From Acanthaster planci (Eukaryota): 64,000 bases of DNA. Position 1 is the first letter of the stretch; each line of letters starts with the position of its first letter. The DNA lies in the NCBI RefSeq assembly GCF_001949145.1, contig NW_019091361.1, forward strand, positions 1,590,866 through 1,654,865. The letters are read 5' to 3'. Shown one piece after another: positions 25,501 to 37,500 of the stretch. Under the pieces are notes generated by a model. The model was not told the origin of the DNA and searched no databases. It was given only the letters and a program-made list of their open reading frames with translations. The position numbers and the translations under genes were made by a program.

Positions 25501-28500
25501 ATTTCTGAGTTGTCAGGACAGTTCAGAAATGGAAGCGATTTCTGTAATTTCATCTTGAGCTTTGAAGACGGCCAAGAAAGGTGGAGTTCAGTTGTTGCCG
25601 CAGCAGTGGACGGTGCCTTCAATATCATGAATGACGTCAGCTTGTGTAATTCCTCCCTTCATATTCTTCTTGGCAGCGATGGCCTAGCTACATTCAGGAA
25701 TGTGACGGGTTACGAACAGGTAAACGCATTCTGTGCCTATCTACGTGACAGTTTTAATGAAAGAATAAATGTCACAGACTTTGAGTTACAACTTCCTGCC
25801 AACTTCAACATTACCACCTACAAACCTGCAGATGGAGAATTCCTTCCTGGAGTTACGGTCCAAGATATAGTGTCCCTAGCAGGGGCTCTGTTCACGACGA
25901 ACAAGTTTAACGAGAGCATGATATTGGCATGCAACAGGCTGAGCCCACTTTTGAATGACCAAGTTTTTGCGGGTTTGGGCCATTTCGCTTCCTTGTGTGA
26001 TGCCATCAATCAAGGCAACATTCACAGTGCAGTGTCGCAGTGTGAACAGTTACTGGTTCCGCAGGTGTATGGTGCCGATTACCCACTCGCTCTGCGGCAT
26101 GTTGATTTTGGCCAACTGCTCCTCGAAACCATCCTTCCTGCCTTCAACTATGTGCCCCGTTTTGAACAAGATGTCATCTGTCCTGCCATTGAAACTGTCC
26201 TTAATTCTGACACAAGTCCACAGGCACTGGCCACGATTGCGATAAATGGTCTGTTGAGGTCCGGAATCGAATACGGAGCTGGTATTTGCCAGGATATTGA
26301 AGGAGTGCTGAACTACCTCGCTCCAGATATCAGCTGGTTGGGAGACCCATCTGATCCTAGCTATGACGCTGTTCTGGCACAGGAACAGCTACAATCAAGA
26401 CTTGAGTACCAGCGTTTCTTCTACGGACTTTTCGACTTTGCTAGCACTCTGGCCGGCTTCGAGAGCTACGAACTAATGTGTGCTGCCCTCATTGACGCAG
26501 TTGCTGACCCAGGAACATTTGATGCTCTGATTGATCTCATCCGGGAAAGGGCATTTTCATACCTCACTGACGAAAATGAGTGCAAGATAGCTGTTGAGGC
26601 TACGATGAGCTTCATCAACTTGGCATCTCCAGAGACTGCATCCAGTAACCTGTTGTACCAAGTGACTGGCTACTACAGCCCCCAGGCCTTCTGCATCGCA
26701 TCTGCAGCTGCATTCCGTGGAGAAACCAGCAGTGAACAGGGTAAGTGACAAACATTCAGTATTTGGGGTTGAAATCAGCTGTTTTTAATGTTTAGATGCA
26801 TAGGTGTCGTTACAGAGATGATCTCTCTCCCTCTCCTTTTATATATTAAATTAAATTCATTTTCTGTCTGCTAAATCATGCTTTTGTCTGGGAAGGGGGC
26901 ATTAGAAATAAAAAAGCGAAAGGAAGAAAAAGAAGACAGGTTCAAAAACAAATCCCGGCTTGCATGGTCGATAGACCTCTTCACTAATAAAATCATAATT
27001 ATGCACGCATGCGCACAAATGCCCTTGGAAGCAAGAAGTGTGAGCGGGCCATTGAAAATTTACAGGGGTGCTACTTTGATGATGATTTTCTCTCAGGTTT
27101 TGTGGCTTTGTTCAGGTTTTTCTTCACAAAATCCCATTAAATCGTGTTTGCCATTAGTTCGTAAATAGCTTACCCTTGAACTTGATCGTAGCTTGGAGTA
27201 CTACCAAGCGAAATGGTAACCACTTGTTGTGTTTGGGGTTGTGCAAGACAAAGTGCAGATTCCATAGAGAAAGACATCTGGTTCTTCAGATTTCCCAAGT
27301 GCAGAAAGCAGCGAATCGAATGGGTACAGTACGGTGCATAACATCAGTAGGCCCTACGTGTTACAAATGCACAGGTTGGCTCCAAGAACACTCGCTTACA
27401 ATTTAGTTTATACTTCTTGTGATGGAAAAAGACCATACTAAGAAACGGCAATTCCGTGCGCACAGGCAAAATTACGATTATAGAGTCATCTTACAGAGCA
27501 CTAAAAATTCCACTTAAATTAGAAACTAATCTCGAAAACGATCTAATGGGATTTTCTGAAGAAAAACTGAACAAAGCCAGAAAACCTGAGAGAAAATTAT
27601 CATCAAAGTTGCATCCCTGTAAATTCTCAATGGCCCGCTCACACTTCTTGCTTCCAAGGGCATTTGTGCGCATGCATGCAGAATTATGAATTTATTAATG
27701 TAAAGGTCTACTGGCAAATTTATACCCTTGGCGAAACTCAGTTTCCTATTCAGAATGGTTTAGCGACGCCAGTGACGAACCAGTTTTAGATATCTACAAG
27801 ACTTTGTTAATCGCTTCGCCATCAATCGGTCAAATATCTGGATAGATATGCCCATAATGCCGATCATGCAGCATCCAGTGTTTTAATGTCTTCGTTGGTG
27901 CTAGCTTACATACAGCTTTTGAGTATTATGTTGAAAAGAGGAAGAGGGGTTGAGATTTTTCAAATGATCAATCACTGGCCAAGTGCGACCGACCAATCCC
28001 GATCCCTGTAATTATAATATCAAATCTTCCATTAAGGGGGTTATATGATTCAACATCTATAGTAAAGATTGCGGTAACATCATGTATTTATCTCTTCTTT
28101 GAGTATGTGTGGTTCTTTGAGTATGTGTGGTTCTGAGAAGAACCGGGGAATAACTCGACGTTTCGAACAGTGTACTCTGTCCGTCTTCAGGAGACTGACA
28201 TACTCAAAGAAGAGATAAATACATGGTGTTACCGCAATCTTTACTATAGATCTAGTTTCTTTCACCATGAAAACCTTTAAGTCTTATATGATTCAACATG
28301 TCAATTATGCCGTCTTTTTTTAAATCTGGAGTCGAGGTATTTTTCCAGATACATTCAAGGACCATATAGCTCAGTATACATGTACATGGTACAGTACATG
28401 TATTATTTATATTTATTCAGTATATACATGCATAATGTGCAATTGTGAAACCAAATTGCAAATTTTATTTTGCTTCACAAATTTCTGAATGTAATCACAT

Positions 28501-31500
28501 GTGTTTCAAAAAATAACAGATGGCATGAGGAATCCAAATTTCAGTGAGATCGTTTTTACTCCAAAAACGTAAAGAGAGAACGTACATTGATTTTGTACAA
28601 CGTCTTATGGATTTGCTTTAATGACAAAAGGAAGTGCGGCAACAGAAATATCCTGATTGCTACGAAGGATTTTTAAAATTTAGAACAATTGTTATTTAAT
28701 CAGAATCTCTTATCACTTGAGTTCAAATCTATTTGTATGTCGATATATACAAGAAGTAACAACATACAAAAATATCTGCTTCAGGCTTAAATTGACACTG
28801 TTTTCAAAGATGACTCGTTTGCAGGTTAAATCTCCTGTATAGGCAGGCCAATAGCTAAGAAGTTAAACGACCGCACGATAAAGGTTTTTAAAAGTGTCCG
28901 ATTCAGTTAGGTCCGTCTGAAAATGAACGACAGGTCTCATTATCATAAAATCCTAATCCTCGGAGTCTGTAACAAACACTGGCAGGTTCTCATTAGCACA
29001 GTTCAATTATTTGGGTCTGAAGTGAAGAAACTAACTCATCGCACGTGTTTTAATTAAGCTTTACAAACTCAGTGTGTAACTTTGAGTTCAGTATGAAGTC
29101 ACATCATTTGCTCCATCTATAATGCTTCCTGCCATAAGATTGGAATGGATGAAGAGAAAGTCCTACTATATTTGAGTCAAACGGCGGGATCCATCCTTTG
29201 TCATTTAAAGCATAACGCCGAACTTTCTTGAGACCCAAGAAGGGCCCGACATTGCCAGGTTTCATCCAATTCTCTACCTATGTACAGTTGCCCAGCTACC
29301 GCATTTCAAACAAGTCTCTGTTTGTTGACACTGATGCGTGTTGCCCTTCCAGGGGATTTTTCCTGTGAATAGGAAGCAAACAGAAGTTGACGGGCTAAAT
29401 GCCTATCCGGTAGCCGCTTCTCCACTGACGAAAAAAAAAAGAAAGAAACGCTGAGTATTAAAGCAAAGTCCTCTTTTGTCATTTGGGATGCGGGTTGTTT
29501 GCACATATTTGCATGCAGCGGACTGTCCTCCAAAGAACTTATTCAAGACCCACATTATGAAAAAGTGGACCTTTTTTAACACCGAGCTGTTGTCTAGATT
29601 CAAGGGGCGTAGACACAAACAACTGCTGTAGGGTTTACATGGTATTGCAAATAAAACAATATGTTCCTCTTTATCTGGAAGTGGAAACCCAACATGTTCA
29701 GTTATGCCTACAGTGGACCTTAGACTAACAGTGTTTTCACAGTTCTAAGTGAAAAGAAAACATCTGTACGCGACCACTTAATCAAACCAAAAATGTTGCA
29801 TAAGGCAGATTTTCTGAAAGTATTTGCTCAACATTGGAAATTTGTCCAAGCAATATAAATTTGATTCATTCATATCAAGACAGAGGAAGCAAACAAACTT
29901 AAATGACAGTCCCTGTTAAAAGAAATAAAAAAACTGTCCATCATGGTGGCTAAAAGGCAGGTGCTGTAAAAAACAAGCTTCCCCCCCATCACTCATCACA
30001 GAAGCATAAACACATTATTGCAAAATGATTAGATTATGTGCCTTACACATTGCAATTTTTGCAATTACATTCGGTTTATGTCTTTGTCAGTGTGTTACTT
30101 AAATCATAACTTATACATGTATATTGATTCCATGTCACAGAATATACTCTGATAATATCAATGCTTAAAATAACTGTACCCTAAAAGAACTTTACGAAAA
30201 TAGAAAGTGATGAACTGGAAAGTAATCAAAAGCTAAAGTATGAAAAAGCCTGAAAATTTTATAAAGCGCTAGGAATCACAAGTTGAAAAGTCGTGGATAA
30301 AATATGTGAAAACAACTTCAGTAAATGATTATTATAACAATAACATTTTCATTAAAATCACTGCAGGAGATTTTCGTTTGTTTGCATTTGTTTCTTAGGT
30401 GCTGTAAACGTTTCCTCTGTCTTAACATTATGTTGTCAGTTCTTATGAAAACAGAAATATTTTACACATAGGGCCTATTGTAAATAGTTTCAATACCAAT
30501 ATTGACCCTGACAACAAATTCGAATAATTTTACACATCAAAAAACTGGTGTGTCTCTTAACAAAAACAACAGATTCCACCTCTTTTTGTTTTGTTACTAA
30601 GTACACAGCAGCTGTGCTCGCTAATGGAACAGTAAAGGAATCAAGTTGAACCATAGTGGTACTGGAAGTCCGGTATTGTTTGCACTGCATGACATTTAAA
30701 AATTCGACTCTGTTTCTATTTCTGCAATCCAGACACCTGTTTGGGGATCTTGGATTGTGCTGGTGTTTGCAACGGGGAAGCCGCAAACGACTGTGCCGGT
30801 GTCTGCGGTGGCAGCGCAGTGCGAGACTGCGCTAGTGTCTGCAACGGCGCGGCAACCATTAACAGCTGCAACTTGTGCGTCGGGGGAGTCACTGGCCGCC
30901 GGCAAAACTTTGGCCAGGACCGCTGCGGCACCTGCTGGTCGGATACCGACTACCGCATCACCTGGGACTGCCACGGCACATGCAACGGCACGGCCTTTTT
31001 GGACGCCTGTAAAGAGTGTGTTGGTGAGTTGCAGCAACTTTATTCCCATTCCTCCCCGGCCCCACCCAGTATGAGAAGCAAGACTGATAATGGCCTATAG
31101 CCCAGCTGCACTCCATTATTCTTTGAGAGAAATGTGATAAAAAGTAGTTGCACAGCCAGGCTCTTCTCGGGGAGAGGGGGGCGGCAAGAATCCCCATGGG
31201 GAACAGTTCCCCCCCCCGGCTACACCACTCTTGAAAAATAAAAATTTCCTCACTTTCAACCACGAGGTAAACAAAAATATCAACTGTCATCTTCTAACTT
31301 CTTCTTCGACACTGCCATGGCAACTTGCCTTTGAATGCATTTGTTTCTGTTTTTTCACACTGTATGCTTACGTGGGTGGTGTTTCCTCCCTCCAAGGTGG
31401 TGAGACAGGAAAGCCAGCTAACTACAACCATGAACACATTGATTGCCGGGGTGTATGCAAGGGCAACTGGATGGAAGATGATTGCGGATTCTGTGAGCCC

Positions 31501-34500
31501 TTTGACGAATCCTCCTTCGTGGCCAACAAGTACATGGACTGCAACGGAGACTGTTTCACACCTGGAGGTGAGTGCAAAGTACCAACAATCCCCTTCCTCA
31601 ACAGGATTAATCTAAATGCTCTAAAGGCAGAAAAATAATCCACTTGGTCTGATGGAAACTAGTATTTGTGAAATTTACGTGAAATTCATTCAATCAATTT
31701 GGTTTAAATTGAAGTTGAGTTGTTTCTCTGTCAGATGGTTTAAATGAATAACAGTCATTTGAAGTCATCTTGTGTTGAGTGTCAGTAGCTGATACAGTTT
31801 TCTTGTCTTGGGAAAAGAGAAACACAGTTAAAAACATAAATAAGAGCAATTTCATCAATGACCTATTCTCAGATGAAACATCTTTCAGGCAAAATTAGTT
31901 TAAGCAACCTAGAGGGGCCTTTACTTAAGCTAAAAGCAAAATTTACTGTTCTGATCCATTGTTTCACTTCAAACTTCTAGCCACATCCAACAGGGCAGAG
32001 CTGAACCAGTGTAATGTGTGTTATGGAGGCAACACAGGATTGAATGAGACCAGTGGCATTAATGAATGTGGGCAATGCTTGTCTGACCCGTCTGCTGACG
32101 AGAGCTCCTGTGCTGGATGTGATGGAGTGCCCAACAGGTGAGAAAGAGCTCCTTTTGTATCATTTTTGAGGTTCACTTTCAGAAGTGTTGCAGTCATTTC
32201 CCTCACAATGCTTTGGTCAACGTAACAGAGTGAACAATGACAAAGGAAGGCTTTGTGACTGGACGACTGAGGATGGAATGACGTGGACTTTAATACATGG
32301 ACCTGGAGGACTTATGATACACAATGATGCTAAGAACAATGATTTGCAGATAATTGGAGTGTATTAGTAAGACAGCTATCACCCTAAATTTAACATTTTA
32401 ATTCTTTGCACACACTTGATATATGAAACAAATTAGTGACATCCAGTACAAATTTCCACAAAGTTGAGTATGTTTTTAAAGTTTCGTTATATGAGATGAA
32501 TTTTTCAAGGTCATTTTTACGAGATATATTTTCAGAATCATTAGTATTTTTTTAATAAGTATCTTTTCAGTGAAATTTATTTTCCGAGTTTGTTTTTTAT
32601 GAGAGATACATATTTTCTCAAATTTGTTTTCAAGAAATATAATATATTTTTAAATTCGTTTTTGTATCTTGCTAAAACAAACTTGAGAAGTATTACTGTT
32701 CAAAATGATTTTGAAAAACCGTGTTTGTAAAAACTATTTTTTTCAAAACTAGACAGTGTTTCTAAAAGATAATCTTCGAAAAACGAACTTCGAATTTCTT
32801 TTTTGTATAAACAAACTTGGAAAAAGTATAATTCACGTTTGAAAATGTATGTTTATGGCACTGGTGGGCTTTCGTAATGATAAGTACCTTTATGAGCTAA
32901 TTTTCATATCCGATTTCAATCATTGTGGGTGTTTTTTGGTTGACAACAGTGGTCAGGTCAATGACGCATGTGGTGTCTGTGGTGGAACGGGTACAACTTG
33001 CTTTGGCGTTGGGTGGGTCATTCCTAATCTAGTGAATGAGAACTCGCAAACTCAGGTATGTGTAATAGCCAGTGGTGGTTTTCTTGCTTAAGTTTGGTTC
33101 CGCTTCTGTTGTTCATGTTTAAAAACCACTCAAGCAAGTAGCGAACTGACTAACTCAATATTCAATCATTTCCACAAATGTTGACTTTCAACAGGATATT
33201 TATCTAAGTCCACAGAATGTCGCCCGATTCTTTTCTACATTAATGTTAAAAAGAAATATCCGAGTGGTGTTAAGTTCGAACACAATTGCATTACACTTTT
33301 GAAATTGGAATACTTGATATGAGGATATATTTTGATTTTGAATGAATATTTTTTCTACTTTTCTAGCTCGAGGTGTATGGAGCTGGTTTTGAGGAGAGCT
33401 CCTCTCTGGTCTGCATCTTTGAAGACTCTGAAGGTACTCAAACATCAAGTGCCACTCAGTATGAGGACTACGTCAAGCTAACGTGCAACGTACCTAGCTT
33501 GGCTGCAGGTAGGCTGGGTTTGGTTATTCAGAGATTTGGCCATGCTTAATATTATGGCATGCAAGGCTTCTGGGACAGGGAGAACACAGGGACACGGTAA
33601 CTATAAAGACTGTGTCCATAAGTGAATGTTATTTTTGATTTTTAAGGTGAAATTACTGAGAGACTGATGAGCATACCAAAACAAATGCTTGTGCTTTAAA
33701 GATGCTGTTGACCTCAAGAGGCCTCATTCAATTAATTCAAGGGGGTTAGGTTGGCATAATGGTTCTTTCCTCGTCTTCTACCTCTGTGGTCCCGGGATCG
33801 ATTCCTGGCCAGGTCCACAAGTGGATTAGGTTTTCAGTTCCTACCTGATTTCGTGGGTTTTACCCAGAATATTCCTCTGGGGTTTCCCTCCCACCACTAA
33901 AACTGTAACTTCTTCCCATTGTCTCCTCTCTACAGGTTTCTACAGTACAGTACACTACCCTTTTGAGGAATCCTTGGTTTCATTACCAGAAAGACTTAAA
34001 TAAATAAATAAATGAATTTGTTAATTTATGGTGACTACTGCAGCTGGACAATACTAACTGTGTTTGTTTTTCCTATGCAAAGGTGACTACAGGGTAAAAG
34101 TCGAACGTGATGGGCTCATTTCTGACAGCATTTACGGGGACCTGACCGTCCAGGCTGGTAAGTTTGAATTCCGCTGGAGAAATTTGTTTCTTAAACCCAG
34201 GTTAAAGCCAGAACATTTTCCATCAATGAAATTCATACCAGACACTCATTCACCTTTTGCAACTTTGATAAGAGAGTAAAAGTTTGATTAAATGGTTTTA
34301 AACAAGTACGTTTAAAATATTTTAAATTAAGTTTGTTGAACACTAGATAGGAGAATGAAGGTAACAGTGGACAGAGGAAAAGGTGAGTTTCAATTTCATC
34401 CCAACTGTCCACAAACTGTCTGACATATTTAAGAATGACAAATTTCAAAGAGTGGCTTTTGTTTCTTTCTTTTTAGAAGGCAATGTAACATGTTCAACAC

Positions 34501-37500
34501 GTCTTGCACTGAGAATTGTTTCTCCTGTCTCCTTCTGTCTCCAGAAATCAACATCTTGACTGTTTCGCCTTCCGAGTTGACCATCAACAGCTCTGTGGAC
34601 ACTATCACCATCACAGCCACAGCTGAAGAGGGTGCTTTCACGGCGGTCAAGGCTGCCTCTGTGGTGCCTTCTCTGATCATTGAAGGAGGTCCGTTTGGCC
34701 AGGGAGCCTCAGGAATTTTTTATTCACCCGTTTGTCTTAAAATGACTTCAACTTTGCAGAACAGTGAAAGTGAAGAAGTTTGTTTTACACAAAATACACT
34801 ACAATTGTCTCAGTACGTAGTGAAGAACACCACAAGCGGAAAGACGCATTTGATACAATTTTTCAAATTACACGATCACTTGAATCTAGGACAATATAAA
34901 TAATATTGTGCATCGAGAAAGGCATTTCGATTTGAAACTATATAAGTATCCTGCCGCGCACCCGTAAACAGTTCGCTTTTTTTCAAATTTCAGTTGAATG
35001 ACTTATTTAATCAATACTATAATGTTAAAAAACACAGACTGATATGACAGTGTTGTCTATAATCAACATTCTTACATTGCGTGCATTGGCAAGACCAGTT
35101 TCATTAGTTTCTTCACTGAAGTAAACTTTGGTATCTGTTTTTTCTCAACCACTCCATCCAGACTACAATGCAATTGTTCAGGGATCATTTGACGACAGTT
35201 CTGACAGTGTCATGTATTTCAGCATCCCAATGCCAAGCAGCTCCATGCGCGTCACTTTTTGGCCCTCGCTCAATGGGGTCGAGAGGCTAAACACGCCCGA
35301 CGGTGCCGGCTTTGAGGCCACAGCTTACGCCCCTGCCCCGGAGTTCACTGAAGCTTATTTTGCATCGACAGGTTGGTGTTGCTAGACTGTATCAAATTCT
35401 AAGGGGTTCATCATTGATAGAATATTATCCCGACATTATTACAGCGACATTTTTCTTTATGAAAAGCCTATATGAAAAAAAGTTATGATTGCTTTTTAAA
35501 CTTGAATCTTGGTTATATTTCATTTTGTTGTTTATGTTGCTGTATTTTTTTGTTTTTTGACAACAAAAGTCTTTTACTGCAGGTACAATAAGTGAAATAA
35601 AAGGTCAGAACACATGAGAAAAACCTGCTGTTAAGAAAAGGCTAAATATTCAAAAGAAAAAGGAGTTTATAGTTTGAGAAAATCAAATAAATATATTGAA
35701 AATTTTCTAGAGGATTTCAAGGAACCTATTGTGGGAGTTAGGGTTCCTTTACATATATTGTCATTCTCTCAAGTTTGAATGCAAATAATCTTCGATTGCC
35801 TGAGGAAGAAACAGCTGAATTCTGTTAAATAATTCCTCCACTCCGCTCTCCACGCACAGGTGCTGCAGTATTGATCAGGTTCAGCTCGGGTGTGAACTTT
35901 GACGACTTCAACGGCTGCGAGGATGTATTTGAGGATACCAGCAAGCTGGGTAGCTATGCTAGCTGCAGATGGGTGGGCTCTAGAACAATGTTCATCATCT
36001 TAGGCTTTGGCGACAATCTTTTGGCTGTCGGTGAGTTTGTCCGAGTGACTACAGTTAGTGATGCTTTGCAAACAAATAAAAATCAAGCGAGTAAAATACA
36101 CAAAACTGTTTGGAAGAAGGAAAAGACATTGAATTTTTTGAAGACTTTTCTTTAGTAGGCCTACTTGTGCGAAATGAAAGTGAAAGTTGTTATTAGGAAA
36201 ATGAGCCTGAGACCGAGTCTAAGACTGAGCTTGAGTAATTTGGGTAGTGTGTGAGTGGCTTCTGAAGTGTTGTGTTTAGAAACTAATTTTAAAATTCAAA
36301 ACAGATCTCTAAGACGAGTGGTGCACATTTGCTTGGCTCTCCCGATGCACTGTAGGCCCTACGTAAAGTAAGCACCGACAAAGACAAATTTCTGAAAGAC
36401 TTAGTTCAGACATTTTTATATCGAAAACTGAGTGCTGTTTTATCTCATAAATCAAAAGGAAGACTTTTATTTGCCAAAGCACGTGAAAGTAATTGACAAT
36501 CTCAAGGTGGGCCTTTCCTTCCAATATTAAAGTTAGGATCATGGTGAGCAGAAATGTAATTATGATTCTGAATTCTGTACGTTTACCTTGACACCGTCAA
36601 AACAGGTGATGAACTGGTGATCAAGACCGACTCCATCAAGGCCTTCCGTGAAACTTATTCTCGTTACGTGGTGGGCAGCCGATCGGTAGCCGGGCCGGCT
36701 AACCCCGTGGTCCCCACAGTGGTGCTGTACGGCAAGCAGCGCATCACCAGTTGTGGCAGGATCAAGATGAGCGGTCGGCAGACCCAGGGTGGGGCGGGAC
36801 GAGACATGGTGTACAGCTGGGCGGTGAGCAGTCAAGGAGAGACATCTGCCCTGGAAGCTGTGCTCTCAGGTACGTAGGCTTGCGGCAACCAGATCTTGGA
36901 TGAGACAAAAACTCTTTTGTGGATAACAATTTGCATACAGTTGGTAAAAAGCAAAGCAGCTAAGTTGAACAGAGAATGCAATGCAAAATAAATCATACCA
37001 CCGGATTTCTTGTTTAAAGCAGAAGAAAATGATTTTCAGTTGACCAACATTTGTTCATGACGCTTTTTGAAATGTGACGAAATTCAGGCCTCAATGACCA
37101 CTTCAACCACTATATCATATTCCTGTAGTCCTGAAGCATAACGTCGTGTGAACCAGGTTAGTGTAGAACAAACAAACAGGATTTATGCACGTGTTGATAC
37201 GTGCACTGTTTCTCTTGCTTCTGTCTCTTATATGCATAATTGTGCATGTGACGTATTCACTTTGCCTATGAAATGCACATGCATCTCATAATAAGAATAA
37301 TGCTGCATCTAAATGGAATCTCCTAGGACTCAGGTATAGTTTTGAATTAACACACTTTGTTGTACTGATTTTTTGTCTGGCTTTAGGTGAAACTGGAGCC
37401 GACCTGGTTGCTGCAGGTAGTTTGATGGATGCAGAGACCATCTACACTTTCAGCCTGACCACACAGAATTTCCTGGGTGAATCGGACACAGCTACAATGA

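Noticed and set aside
19523..26748. Two separate genes or a frameshifted pseudogene (1911-aa and 584-aa ORFs)
   Set aside because: The break coincides with an N gap, and repeat homology predicts a frame-restoring fill. The GTG start at 19523 was also rejected in favour of ATG 19559, which begins a signal peptide.
19797..26751. Many antisense and alternate-frame ORFs over the giant exon
   Set aside because: They are shadows of a long coding exon, with no independent motifs or splice support.
32420..32880. AT-rich imperfect fold-back in an intron
   Set aside because: The termini match only weakly. It is probably an old MITE but cannot be delimited.
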